This document shows, piece by piece, positions 38,601 through 53,600 of a stretch of 64,000 bases of DNA (positions are counted from its first letter, which is position 1; each line of letters begins with the position of its first letter). The stretch is taken from assembly GCA_051294905.1 (NCBI GenBank), contig CM119372.1, positions 19,344,001-19,408,000 of the forward strand. The letters are read 5' to 3'. This DNA comes from Botryllus schlosseri. Taxonomy: Eukaryota. A model generated the notes under the pieces. It had not been told where the DNA came from and did no database searches. It saw nothing but the letters and a program-made list of their open reading frames with translations. The position numbers and the translations under genes were made by a program.

Positions 38601-41600
38601 ACAACCCGTCGCAGGGTTTCAACCCGGCTCACGGAAACTCGTTCGCCATGAATCGTCCCAACAGGCCAGCCCTACCGCAAGCAATGTCGTTAGGCTCGCC
38701 GCCCATGCTCAACCCCGCGTCGCCTTACAATTTCCAGCCCAACAACGCCGGAATGATGGTGCCTTTGAGCAGTCCCGGGGCCAACAATCCCTCTCCGTTT
38801 AGCAACAGGTCGCAAAGCAGATCCAGCAGTGTCGGAACACCCGCTCCAAGTCCAGGGGCGCTGTGGCAGGGTCAGCGACCAGCGCTTAACCCATCCGAAA
38901 TATCGAGACCTTTGAGTCGTTCCAGTAACTGTGCTACTCCGGGGTGCGATTTAAGTCCGAGTCCTGTTGTGCCTCAGTGGGGGAATAATGCCGCAAATAA
39001 CAGCCAGTATTCTGCTTCGATTCCTGGTAATAATTGTAGTTTTTCGCCACAGCCCAGGCCTATGGCTCCTTTTTCGCCGACGCGATTCCAGTCACACGCG
39101 CCGACATTTATGCGTTTCCCGCAGAACGATCCTGGCAACGGTTCTAAAATCTTGCGAACGCCGTACCAGCAAAACTACGCACGCGGTCAGCAGTTGCGTT
39201 ATCATAACCGGGCCGTGCAGCCGAATATGCAAGCGGAGATACCGCTGCGGCACGGGCAATTTCATCCGGCACACCCATCGTTTGGTGTTCCCACTCAAAT
39301 TTCCGGATATCCAAATCGGCCTAGACTAGTATACCAACAAAAAAATGCCGACTCGCCGTGTCCTGATTTGATGCGCCCGTCTCCGCCTTATCATTGTCCT
39401 CGCGGCCGCCTGCCCCATACAGCCGCCCGGCCAAATGCACCGACTGCTTACCCATTCCCACAAAACCAGCCGTTCCCGCAGGTGACAAGGAAAGAAAGCT
39501 GCAACATCACGCGGCAGCAGCTGTCGCAACAGCAGTGGCGGTACAACGCGTCCATGACTTCGGGGCAGTACTCGCAGACACTGACACGCGCCATAGTGCC
39601 ACGGCCGCGATTGGGAGCGCCAAAACCGAAGCGTGCCAGAAAGCGCAAGCCCAAAAGCACCGACGTAAAATCGAAGCCCGCGGGGAATACCGCCGATATG
39701 AAAACGGAATTTCCGGAAATTTTCGACCCGCATGATCTGTCGGGGATGATGCCGTCGTCAGGGCTTGAGTTAGGGGATGAGACGATTGGCGGGCATGCAT
39801 CCGGTATACGTCTCGCTGCCCCAGATACAGTGCCCCAATCTTTATACACCGCGGCAGCCCCGAATCTAGTGCTGCCGTCTACAGTCACGACTTCCATACC
39901 TGTGTCTTCTCAAAGTGACCTGGTCGGAATCCCCCCATCGTCCACGCAGTTCGACCGTGCTGGCCAAGAAGAATTCGATTTCGTGACGGAGCTGCCGGAA
40001 ATGACCCGACCCGTGTGTTCAGAAAGAGACGTGACTACCCCACCCCTGCCGGTGCTGTCGCCCACTTGTTTTTTCGACGACCCCGAAAGCCCGGAGCCAG
40101 ATGTGTTTCCCGATTTTGATTTTACCGCCAACGCTACGTCGGTCGGGATACGGCCCCAAGGCAGGCCCTCGTCAAACCATCCGCAAAGCACGGCACAGTC
40201 TGTGCCCGCGCAAAATTGTTCTGTGAGCTCCAGCAATGTTACGTTACCAAGGTCACTCTATACTGGCGGCGTAGCCAAAGTAATCGCAGATACCCGATCC
40301 GCATCCACTGAAAGCGACGCCGTATCGTTTACTGTCTGTGTTCCTCATTCGACGATCGACGGGCCATTGTTGCATCGTCCGCAACGCCCGGCTAGGTCCG
40401 TGCCCGCGCAGAACTGTGCGGTAAGTTCCACCAGTGTCTTGTTTGCAAAGTCTCTCGACGCTGTAATCGCAGATGTCCCATCGGCTTCAACTGTTTCCTT
40501 CACTGTCAGTGTGGCTCATACAAAGTCGGCCTCTTTTTCGTCGGACGCACATCCAGTCGCCAGCTCAACGGTGCTTTTCACCAGCCCGCCTTCGTCCACT
40601 GTGTGTACCAGCACTACATTGTCCGAGCATACCAGCAAGCCAGAGTCCACTGCGTTAACGGAGACTTCAACGACAGCGCCCAGTCCACCAGAGTCCACCG
40701 CGATGAAGTTTTCTACGTCAACAACAGTGTCGTCTGATTGCTACGGCACGTGTTTATTTTCGAAGCGTTTCTCCACTAGTCTTCCCACAGGCGCTCAAGG
40801 CGTGACGTCTCTGGTGTCGTCGTCAGGTGCTCTTTTTAGTCCTCCTGAGCTATCGACGATCGAGTTGAGCAGGCGGAGGATTAGTGAGCAGGGTTTTGTA
40901 GAACCCGACACTGTACAGTCTCAGGTTAGGCGACGGTCTTTATCTGATCCTTGTCGGGCGACTATCCCGAGTTCTGCCGGTTTAAAATCTGACGAGACCG
41001 TGTTAAATGACGATAAGCTGACGCATGTGTCGATACCGCTTGTTTCCATGGAACCTATGGTAGCGCCGACTCTTACCAGAAAATCAGATGCCACAGACGC
41101 CTGCTCTGTATCGAAGATTTTATCTGTGCCTTGCCACGATGAAATCAACGATATTCTTGCCCGAGCGGAGGCATCTCCGGTACAAATGCCACGTCAAAGT
41201 CCCGAACTCCTTGCCTTGTCGGTTATCGACGATGCAATGGAAGTGTGTGACGAAGGCACTGCTGCTGACAATGTCCGTCTGCCTGATGAAATCGAGTCTA
41301 GTTTGGAGTCTGCCGAATGCATCAACGATGTTTCGGCTGCGTCATTGGTGCCTTGTGAAGGCGAGGCAGATTGTATCACTGTGAGGGAAGTGATCGATGC
41401 ACTTCTCGAAAAGGTGTCGGCGTTTGCAACACCTGTGGAAATACCCAGGGTCGAGCCAGCAAAATCTCCGGAGGAGAACGATACGACTTGTGCAGATTCG
41501 TTATCAACTCGTTCGGACGGTACTGATTCGCAAATTGTTTCAGACGCGGGTATCAAAAGCAGGCCCACAGAATTCTGTCCGCAAGCGCAACTAGCAGACG

Positions 41601-44600
41601 TCTCCCAATTCTCACAAGGTATGGACTGTGAAGACAATTTTTCAAGTGACGAGATTATTCCAACTTCGAATGACGAGGCGCTGAAACAAAGCGAGGAAAA
41701 CAGCGTTCATGTTCCCACCAGCCCAGTTCAGGATGCTGCAGTCGATCAGTCTTTTAGTGAAGTGGCTGATGATACTTCCACGCATTATCCAGAAGGAGAT
41801 AATGAGCCGTATTCAATCGGCGACGGTGAGAAATCCTGTTTGTTAGCAAGTATGAGTTCCGTTGACGAATCACTGTCTTTGGAACCAATAATAATGGATG
41901 AAGTGAAAGAGAGAGACTTGAACATCGAGCAGTGTGTCTCGAATGGAAGTCGGAATGAATCCGATAGTTCAAATGCTATCCGAGCGTTGGATATCGAACA
42001 AGTTCAGCATTTACAAGACGAGTGTTCGCCTGTGGCGACTACGATTTCGGAAGAACCGGAAGATATATTGCCGTGTGTATCTAGCGCGGTTTCGCCGTTG
42101 ACTCAACAAATTACAGAACCGAGCAACGAATCTATCGAAAACTCCAATAATTCTAGCGAACAAGACTCTGTATGCAAAGATTCATTGCCAGAAGAAGATT
42201 CCCATAAAACTACGGACGGCACCCAACGTGACGTCAACATTAGTTTGGATACAGTTGATCCACCGCAAAATGACGATATGAAGTCAGACGTCGATAGCAG
42301 TCCCCTCGAACTAAAGCAGCAGAATGTCAACGAGGAGGATACGACGATGGCAACGGAAAATTCAGACACGAATGATAAAACCACTGCTGATTCCGATGAA
42401 CCAACACCTGCAAAAGATGAGGAAATGCTTTCTGTGACAGAAAACAACGTTGAAGACTTCGCGGAACAGGCAACTCTTATCGCTGCGTCCAGCGGTTTGG
42501 ATCCAACCTCACAAACTAAGCATGACCCTGTCAATGAATATCTTTCGGACAAAGATGGAAATTTTGATGAGACAATGCAAAATAAGGATGAGCAAGATGA
42601 AGTTGTTTCCATAGCAAAGCGCATCGATAATGCGGACAGCGCCGTGCAATCGGACGCTGCCACAGACACAAGAGCTACAGATGCAATAGCTGACAGCAAT
42701 GTGCCCCAGTCGTCTTCCCTTAACGATGTGCCCGTGCCTGTTGCAAACGTGCCGATTTCGCCGGAACTGACGTCGAAGGTTATCGAGCAATTGTCCAATT
42801 ACAACGCGATTTTGAGCCTGCTAGCCAGGCCTGTGACGCCACCTTCCGATATCGCCAATTTGACCACGGTGCTGTCCAACGCCGACGCAAATCAAGCGGA
42901 AGTGATATCGGGATTGATTGCAAACTTAATTCCGGTATGTTACGTGGCTCTGTTTCTTCTATGGTTGCCTACATTTAATATTTTCACGTTCTCTCTAACG
43001 ATAGCAGTTGAATCCGAGTCAGAATCTACAAATAACGACGATGATCATGAACGGAGCGTTGGCTCTGACGGGGTTGCCGACAACGGGACACAATCCAGGT
43101 ATGCAGCGACAAGAGGGTTAATTGGCCCTATTGGTGGAGTTTGTTTGTGACAGTGGCAATCTCTGAGTAGTCGAGCAAAATTAATGATGTAAAATTCGGA
43201 GAGGCGTTGAGTAAGGAAGTACTTTTGCTTCTTCGAAGTACTCAAGTAGATTTTACGTACTTGCGCTACTTGTTCAAGCGCTTACTCATGTTTTAAACTA
43301 CTTCCACTACTGTTTGACCAGTTTTTTTAGGCAAAGCTACCTTATTCAATGTTGAATTTGAAAAGTAGAAAGTCATTTTTGGGGTGAGCTCGCATCATTT
43401 TTATGGGTGAAAATGTCGCTTGAACCACTTGAAATTGCCCCTGTATCATGTTAACTGAATATATTTTTGTCAGATTTACTTATTTGTAAGGTTGGGACTT
43501 CGGGATCAAATTTGAAATCCCGAGATCGGGATTTCCCGGGATTTTTGCTCCTCAATCCTGGGATTCCCCGGGATTAGAAAAGTAGTAAAATACACATACA
43601 AGTTACACAAACAACATTTGGTCCTTGTGATATTGAATTGACGCAAAAACATAAGAGTATCATCGTTTAGATCAGGGGTCCCAAACTCAAATTTGCTCGC
43701 GGGCCAATTTCGTAGTTTCTGATGACGCGGCGGGCAGCAGCATCAAATAGAGGTATCATATGTATTTCCAAGTACGCCATTTTTGACGGACCTTGCAGAT
43801 TGGCATTCCATACACATTGTGAAAATGTAATTCACTATTGTAATATTCACGGTTGCCACGAAAAAGTCATATTTTTCAATATTTTTTAAAAATATTGTTG
43901 TGCTTGGCATAATTTGGCGACATAAGGAGTTATATAGACAGTTAGAAACCATGCGAGATGAAAAATGCATCGTGTCATCGTAAAAGCTGTCGCATTATAA
44001 TTTAGCTGCTAGCGGACGTTTGATGTGTGATAGCGATTCAGGTTTTTGGAGTGGTTTTAGAGTAAAATTTTAAGTTCCCAAATCCGAAATCTGAAATTTT
44101 CGAGTTTAATATTGTCGAATGCCTAAAAAGTCAAACGCCGAGGCGGGCCACAAAAACAGTTCTCGCTGGCCGCGTGTTTGAGGCCACTGTTCTAGACAAT
44201 CAGCCGATGTCGTGACACTGCTTTATTACCGAAATAAGAGATATGGCGCTACATAAGCCTTGGTAGATGCTGTTCACAAATCCCGGGATTTCATTGGGAC
44301 CAATCCTGGGGTCTCAACGCTACTTATTTGTTGTATCTTTAGTAATTCTGCCCAACTCGCAAAGATACATTTTGCCACCTCCGATTGACTACAAAGAGCC
44401 AGCAACCCTCGACCTAATCTTCTTTTTCGAAATACTTGCATAATTACTTTGCAGACCGTTTATTTTCTATTTCCACTTCAAATGGTTTTGACTGAAATTG
44501 CTACTTCTGCTTGAGTAGCACGGCTGATTACTTTGACCACCTCTGAAAATTCGGCTCTGGTTAAGTGGCGAATGCAAGGTCTGTAAAGCATCTGAGTCGT

Positions 44601-47600
44601 TTCATGTGGCTTATGACCATGCATTGTAGACTTGCGTTAGTACGAGTCGCTTGCCTGCTAGATAACTAGGAAAATAGACCCTATTGGGGATGCAGAGGGA
44701 TGGATTAGAAAACTATTATGCTGACCGCGCAGTGGGCCTGTGCTACATAGTGGGTAGTTGATTTGAACTGGTGATGCAGCTCGTAAACTCGTAAACTGCT
44801 TTGTAGTGGACTACGTTTAGAATACATTGGCGGAGATATTTCCGATTTAAAAACCGTGAGAAACTACTTGGTTGAATAATGCAGGGGCCACCTGCTTGCA
44901 TATTCAGAAGGCTTCATGGTGTAAACAATCATTATCTAGAGTCTAACAATATCGCCTTAACATTACCGTACCACACAGTTACGCCGAAGACGGTCTCGTT
45001 TGCTGGCTGAAGTGTCATTGTAGTGTGGTTAGTGGTTATGGTTACCCATTGACTGCATTGCCCAGACTAGATATAGTTTGAACCTCCGAAATTTGGAGGT
45101 TCGCATTCCGAAACGAACCTTGGCAGGTTCTGCACTGTGAACCCTTTTCATGTAATACTATTGTGCACCTCATTATATCATCTTTGGTTGAAATTCTTTG
45201 CATTTCAACTTTGAACCACTCTCTGCATGGTGCTGGAAGCAGGAAACGAAATTCAGCACTAAACGGGCATGCACCTTGCCAATTTCAAAATTATCATTTG
45301 CTTTGTTTGAAAATTTGCTCGAAATATTCGACTCTCCGTTTGTGGATATTCAGTGACTTTCTGCTGTAAGCTTGGCCCTCAATCACACAATATCAAGGAC
45401 GAAATATACTACATGTAGGTAGTCAGCGAATTGTGCTTATTCAACCAATAAATATTTGACATCAATGAAATTGATATAAAGAATGAGTCGTCGTCCAATG
45501 CAAAATAAATCCAGCAGGTGTACGGGATCTGTCCGATTATGGTGTTGGCTACTGTATATCTCATTATTGGGGAATATCTGTAGCAAGTATTGAAACCGGT
45601 TGCGCACACTGATCAATATCAATACAGCAATAGCCAGTTGCCTTAAGAATACATTGTACGGTAGAGCCAAGCTAGACCGTTAAGGGGTAAGCCGATATTC
45701 CCTTGCAAGTCCTCGTCAAAATTGTTGGTAAAGCGACGTAAGATATTGAATTTTTGAAATTATTGTAGCATTTGATTGTTCCAATTCATGCATTTGATGA
45801 TGTCACAAGTCACCGTGTACCTGAGTATTGCGGCATATTGTGGCCTGAGTCGTCGCTAGGTGTCGTGTAGTACATTAATACGTGACTTAGTACATTGATA
45901 CGTGACTTAACGGAAATGTAGGGTTGGAATTAGCAATATGACGTCACGTGTAGGGTTGCATTTAAAACAAATGGTCGTTTAAAACACTTTATATAAAACA
46001 TCTTTTAAACAGTGTTTTAAACAAACCCCTTTTTAAAATAATAAAATTGTTTTTTTAAGTTGTATAATTATGCCATAGTTGTGTAAATACTTTCCAAAAA
46101 TCATGGTGTATGATCCTACGGACGATTACCACCCGATATAGCCGACGTATGCGATATGGGATGTTTGGAGCCCTCAAAATAGTTGGTTCAACAGCTATAG
46201 TACGAAGATATCTCGTCAAAGCAGCTACATTTATCCTATAATTTCAATTGTCCATGTCAATCCACCATGCCGTCACAGTTGAATATTCGTGACGCCATGA
46301 CTTTGAAAAAACGATAAAAAACATGTTTCAGACAAGGGCCTTGTGATAAACATGTTTGTTTTAGATTAATTTTTGTTTTAAATGCAGTCCTAGTCATGTG
46401 ACGCCATAGGTTTGTGTTGACACAGAACCTTTCAAAAAGCTTCAAGCTCACACCAACCAGACCATTTCAGGGGCTCCCACATCCCTAGCTCAGACCTACC
46501 GGAGACACGGATGTGTAATAGGGCTGTTCAAAAATAAATTTTTTTCGGATTCCAGCCATTCACTGATTAAATTGTCAGGTTACCCTAAAAAACGCTGCAC
46601 ACCAAATTTGGTTCAATTCTAACAAGTATAGGACTCCGCAGATCCAATTAAAATTTTCAATTTAATATGGAAAATTAAAAAAAAAAATTCAAATTTTTCT
46701 GCCAACCCCATGAAATTGTTGAGCTATCTTCAAAGACGTTGCAAAACAAATTTGAGTCAATTCCGACCAGTAGAAGCGGAGTTATGTGAATTTTTCGTTA
46801 ATAAATCGCGGATTATCCGAGGATTATCATCGTAAAACTCGCATAACTCCGTTTTTACTGGTCGGAATTGACTCAAATTTGTTTTGCAACGTCTTTTAAG
46901 ATAGCTCAACAATTTCATGGGGTTGGCAGAAAAATTTGAAATGTTTTTAATTTTCCATACTAAATTAAAAATTTTAGTTGGATCTGCGTAGTCCTATACT
47001 TGTTAGAATTGAACCAAATTTGGTGTGCAGCGTTTTTTGGGGTAACCTGACAATTTAATCAGTGAATGGCTGGAATCCGGGAAAAAAATTATTTTTGAAC
47101 AGCCCTAATGTGTAATTGCAATCGATTGCAGAGAGATGTCGCTCTCGATGTTTGTAGATGCGACATCATAGGGAGGAGTCGGGTCAAAGTTTGCAATGTG
47201 TGCGGGACGAATGAAGTACTCCCTTGTTCTCGCGTTCTGGAAAAAATGCACTTCTACCCGTGAAATGTGTTGAACTTATGTCAGTTTGTTCGGAATAACC
47301 GTAGTGGGGTCCGTCTGCTGATTCGGAACAAAGCTTTTTGTTCGTTTTGGTAATAGGGATGTGTTCCGGTAATTCGGGTTCACTCACGTAAGCATAATAG
47401 CCGATTCTTTGTTGCCATCCTTTTGAAAGCTCACATGTTCGCCCGGAGCATGAGCCAACTTTAGGTTCGAGGAATTAATGAGTTTCCCTCTACAGTATGA
47501 TGATTAATTGACCTCTGAATACCTCTACCGATTCCTTTGTGAGCGGTTCTGTCACAACTTAAAGCCTCACGCATTTATTGTATTACCTGACTTGTCACTC

Positions 47601-50600
47601 TTGGCCATTCAGCGCCCGTTTTAGACGTGAATCACATTCTACCCGCATTTGTCACGGGTCATTGTTCTGACAATTTATCTCTATCTGCTTTTTGCCAGTG
47701 CCTGCGACCACCAGCACTCTGCCGACGGCGTCTTGTGTTTCGACCAGTAACACAATCACAAGCGTAGTGTCCAAACTGTAAGTGACCGACTGTCGTAATT
47801 ACATACACGCGCGGTTTACGATGGTTTGCGCAGGTCCACCATCGTCCAAAGTCTGTCGCAAGCGGCGACGGACGTCAAGTCGTCGGTACACGCCGATTCT
47901 TCGCGCGCTGTTTCCGAATCTCATTGCGTTTCTACCGGGAAAAATTCAACCGCGGTTGAAGCTTCCCATCAAGGCCTACAGGTGCCGATCGTGTCGTCCA
48001 GCGTGAAAGGATCGCAAGAGGAGGCCAGTGTCGCTGATTCCGAACAGGCTAAGGAAGGGCCGGCTTCGTTGGGCGAGGTTTCGACTTCTGTGAAAGGTTC
48101 GGTAGATGGTGCCGATGATTTTGTACCAGTCGCTGTTTAGTTTGAATATGTACTTGACTGAAAGTAAAAGTAGCGAATTCGGGATAAGTAAAAAAGCAAG
48201 TGTTATATTCTAGGCTTGTTTTTGCCCGAGAAACTGAAAAGTGCAAAGGGGAAGTAGTCTAGGGGCGGAGATCATAAAGTTAACTGATCCGGGAGAATGC
48301 TAATCATGTGATTAAAAACTGCTGATCGCGATGCATGAAGCCGGATAAGGTTGCGCGTATGATTACTCGACGGGTCCCGAGTTTTCAATTAGGCGTTGTT
48401 ATCTATTGCATCATAATGCGAAAACGCAGTTTTGGCTCTCAGTTGTGAATTTGTTGAATGAAACGGCAGGCTGCTGATAAAGATACTGCGACTACAGCAG
48501 GTAGAATTACCATCATCGCGAAGTGTAAGTCGTGCGTAATCAGTAATATGCAGCAAAGAAACGGAATATAGAATATTGTCACGGCCGTTATCGGAAATAT
48601 TTGCGCGTAGGAATGTTAACTATTCTATAGTTTGTTACGGTTTGTTAAATCATGAGATCAAAACTAAATTTATGTGCTGCGATCAACCGTTTTCCTTAAT
48701 CCTGGGTTGCTAAATTCTGATGAACACGATAATCGTCTTTATCGATAATCCAACTTTATGATCTCCGCCCCAGAATCACGATCACTTGGGTAAGAAGTGC
48801 CGAGCAACCGACACAATGCAAACTTGCCCGTCTGACGTGCATGTACCGGCCGGCGGTGGTCAAACTAGACATAGTTGCCACTCGATTATAAGTAGGGGTC
48901 TCGGGTGGTCTTGTACCTGAGTGATTCGATTCTGACTCTAGTATTATGCAGAATATAACATGTCTAAGTTCCAAGTATGTACCTTTCACGCCACCACAAA
49001 ATATATCATGCCTGTCATCCATCACGTTAAAGATGCCTTGGTATTTTTTCCGACCATATCCCACCGATTTCATTGCGCATTCTGTGACAATGTTGTTGGA
49101 TGATCATGACTCCGGCAATGTGTTGTTTCCAGTGAAGTTCGTGGCTTTGTACTACACGTTTCGCATGTTGCGATACGGTCAATCAAGGTCCCTAAGCTTC
49201 CGCATTGGAAAATGGCATCGAAACTGCAATTCTCGTTGGTAAAGTAACATTCAGTGGCGATCAGCGCAAAAAAATCGTATCTTACTACTCAGCTGGAATC
49301 ATTAAGAATACCGTGATACTCCATTCAGCCCTAATTATAAGCACAAATGGCGATTTCTGATCGGTTAAACAATAGGGGTCTTAAAAAATGACTTTTTTTC
49401 TCAAATCGTACTGGCTACTTGATAACATTGTTAGGTTACGGTACCTAATTTAAGCCTACACACTAAATTTGGTTCAATTCCAAGCAGTAGCCGCATTGCT
49501 ACAGGAGAAGGAAGTTTCTATTTATTATATAAAAATAAATAACAAAAAATTTGAAAATTCGGGTAGCGTGTTTTGTTGGAATGACCTATGCCTCTAATTA
49601 ATTTCGCATCCACGTATCGGCGGGTGTGCCGTGCAAGACGCCGTTTGTAAATTGTATGCTTTATGCAAACAATTTCAATGACAGCCCGGTTCACTGTGTA
49701 ATACGGCATGTATCCTTGGTACGTTTTCAAAATCTGAATCGCCAAGATCTGCAGCCGTGTATTTACTGTATACTGTGTATATGACTGTAGATTTATGCAC
49801 TATCCTACGTACAAGATCTGAAGTTTCATGTTAAAAGCTACTGTAGCTGTGTAGATACACAGTGCGTATGTGCATTGTGCAAGTACAGCAAACACGACTG
49901 TGTATTTGGTTTTTACGGATATTTAATGCTTACAAAAGCCGCTTGTTTAATGAAACATTCAAGTTCGTATATCTTGGCATACCTATCCGAACGAGATCAA
50001 TGCAGAGCGCTAGCGTGACTGCAGTTTGCGTGTGTCCGTGCCGTGACATCGTTTTCGTTACGAAACCGTCTCGAGAGATTAAGCTCTCGTCTTTGCCATG
50101 ACTCGCGAGATTTGCATAACGGAAAAGCTAGTGCGTGCCACTACAATTCTAAGTATATTGAACTTGTTGCGAATTCCCTACATGACATGGAAATGTCAGG
50201 AATCGGATATTTCATGTGACAGGCTTGGCACCGGGCTCGTAAACGAAGTATTTCAATTTTTTCGATGCAGATTTTGGCTGCTTGCACTACTGACTCAGGT
50301 GCATGGTTACGATTTCAGACTAATTCTACTTGTATTGGAGTCGTACTTGTATTGACGTCGTAAATTCTGCAGGAAAACCAACCATGAATACTTGACCAGC
50401 TCTGCTTGTCTCAGCGGTGCGGGAAATTCTCACCCCGTTCAAGATATCGCACCAGCGCTCAAATTGTTGCGGTTAGGGCGCTTGTACTTTATGATAACGA
50501 GGGCGCGAGTTTTGACAGGAATAGAAACACGGAGACATTTTACACTGCGTTCTTGAAACGCGTCACGGGATTGAAAAGTGGATTAGCACGATTCGCGATT

Positions 50601-53600
50601 CCTTGCGCATTTGCTTATCGGGATTAGCCAGGCGTTATTCCATTCCGCTCGTGCCCGTTCATTTGGATTGCGATGTAATCCGCCTGGCCGTTCGAAGGCT
50701 CCCGGACTAGGGAAAATCGTGGGATTTTGCAGGACTTCGGATAGACGCGTATGAATCAATACGCGTCGGTATCTGCAGTCACGCGGGACGGTTTCCGCAC
50801 AAGCAGTCCTCAAGGTTATGCCACGCATTACTAGGCGATGGCGGTTCGAGTAAATTGGGCACTTGGTGAACCCTAATCCGAACCTGCACCCACCCTAAAC
50901 TGTACCTCTAATACATTAATACATACATGCCGTATTTCATAATTTACTCTCGTATTCAGTGAAACATCCGTTTCGAAATAATTAATGCAATATTGATACA
51001 TCGCTTTCATAATAATGACTGTTTGTAAAGCCAAATTCGCCAAGTGGTGCATATCACGATACCCGCTCATATTCAGTGAAACCCGAATTTCGAATTTATT
51101 AAGATAATATTGATGCGCGGATTTCGAGATAATAATAGTTATCAGTAGAGCCATTTTAATATGACCTTGAAAAATCAATAATATGACTTTATTTATTGGA
51201 AAATACGACTTTAGTGATAATCGTGTATGTTTACATGCGAAAAACGTCACTCACGGAACTAAAGAGTAAAACATACGCAACATAACTGTAATACACATCC
51301 ATTTTTATTTTAACCCACCGTTGTAGTACAGTTTCATGTACTGTGGAATGTTAGAGTCTTTGAAGTTGCGATTTGGACGTAAAATGACTTCTATAAGGAA
51401 AATAAGCGTTCCACAGACGTTGGTGTGGGTGATCACTTCTGCAGTTTTGCATTAAGCGCTGGTGAGATGTCTTGTCTTTGTAGCTCCATAATTTGTTTCA
51501 CATCGTTTTTGTCAAATCGCTTCTTGATGTAATTTTTTAGCTCAAGCGGGTCTTTTCCGAAATCAAGGGCATCTAGATCAGCATGGGCCTCTTAGATGGT
51601 GTACGTACAGCTTTCGATTTTGAGTATCAAGTTTGAAATATTTTTACAGTGGAGGCATATTTCTGTTAACTGACTAGTTGACTTTGGATCGTTGACTGAA
51701 GTTTTGACGCTTTTTACAATAACTCCTTCACCTTCCTACGCATTGACTATTTCGTTCACGTGTGGGAGTCTCTTGGCGTAATATTGAGCAGTATTCAACC
51801 AGCTATATACCCCAACGAGTAACTGCCTTAGTTTCTTAGTGTTTAATTGCTTCGCCGCTTATATGGGTACTATTTATTTATAGTATACTACGATATGACT
51901 TTATAGCGAAAAAATATGACTTCATAACTTTCTTAATATACCTCATAGGGATGCGGTTTTGCGTTAAAATTGCTTCCACGACTTATTGACGCATAGAAAA
52001 AATATGACTTTAAATGGCGCTAGTTATTAGACTTGAAATGCGAAATTCGCCAAGTGCCGAATTCCCTAGTATGCGTACAATTTCGGCCGAAAATAGACGC
52101 CGCGCAATCAGCAGACTTCGTCACTAGCCCATTTCATTCCCAGGCATCCCATCGTTTGCAGAGCCGGTACCGGAAAGGAGGCGTGGCAGGTCGCGGACCG
52201 CGGCGAACAAACAGGTTGGTACGAATGTTGCTCGCGACACGCCGTTTTACGGCTACCGCGCAAAGGCGCTGGCTTGTTGACTTAACGGAGTCGAACAAAC
52301 AGTTACTGTAATTTTGCAACTTTTCCGATAGCCGACCTCTGTCGTCTTTTCCGCAGGCCGCCAAGAGACCAGCGCCTGTCGAGGTGTGCACGGAAAAGGC
52401 CGCCAAAAGATCTACAGCCGGGTATATTACGTCCTGTTTTGGCCGTGCGCTTTCTCAAACTTTCCCACTTAAAGTATACTTTTACTGGTACATTTATCGA
52501 GAGTCATCTGCGCGCGAAAAGGAAAAATCAACAATTACGCGATGTAACCAGATACGTCAACATTGCTGTGGTGTATGTAGTCCATCTACTTTGTACACTT
52601 ATGACTTTGAGTTGATGAGGTTTTCTCCAATAGTCGAGTTCGTAATAATAACTCTATCGGAAAAGCTCACTCTTTTTTTTGTCGGCGGTCTAATTTCACC
52701 CGCGCAAATACAGCACTGTGCGCTACATGCGTTCGCGGCGTGTCTAAAGCCACGCCGGACTGCACCTTGGCTCGTACTTCGAATATCCTGTGTCGAAATG
52801 GATGAGTCGACACTTGAGTATTGGGCCTTTGACACGCGACGTCGAGTCGGTACTAACGGTGTAATTCATTCGTTCGTTTATAATTATTTTGATCGATTCA
52901 AAACACCACAAGGTCGCGATACAGTTAGAAGATGGGAATGATACGAAACGAAATAGAGTAGTTTTCAATCGGACACCCACCTTTAGCCGAGAAAATGTAA
53001 TGGCTCTGATTCCGTCCTTGAAATTCGTTAGATTTCACTGCGCCTGCGGGCGTTACATGCTTGTTTTGCTCGGGAATAATGCCGGATGCGAACATGAACC
53101 TTTTCGAGTGCGGCATTTGGACTTTGTGCAGACTCGTTTTCGTTTGCTATCTCGCATGTCTGATATATGGCGGTCGTAAAGGAGTTTACTGACCAATTGC
53201 ACGACCTCGCGCGTGTAATTTATCGCGTCCGCCGTAGGTGTGAGCAGAAAAAACTTAGGGCGACGCGGAAACGATGCTGCCCGAATCATTGATGATAAAT
53301 ATACATACGTAGAGACTGCTATCTAAAGATTGGATTACGATGGGATATCTTGTAAACTTTGATGCTCGATTTGTTGAAATTATTTGTCATGTTATTAATT
53401 GTTAAATGGCAGACTAAAACTGACCAATGTGATGGGTGGGGGCCGTGTTTTAGTTGGCCATTACTGTTATTACGGAACAGTCGATGCACACACCGGTTAC
53501 TGTATATATGTAATATATGCTTCTCGTGTATAATCTCAATAAAGATTTAATTGCGACGTGACGTCAAGTAATCCGCGCTGCTTGATTTTATTCAAGCTAT

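Noticed and set aside
42935-43150. Hydrophobic transmembrane-like C-terminus of the 1530-aa ORF
   Set aside because: It is read-through of a 70-nt GT-AG intron (42935-43004). The spliced frame continues QLNPSQNL... and joins downstream exons in phase.
44995-45130. tRNA gene
   Set aside because: There are only isolated A/B-box-like words and no cloverleaf. No tRNA, rRNA, snRNA or SL RNA gene was recognised anywhere in the window.
48946-49242. BED zinc-finger or transposase coding remnant inside the MITE pair 6916-7430 / 48893-49333
   Set aside because: The Cys/His pattern is not preserved in the same frame in both copies.
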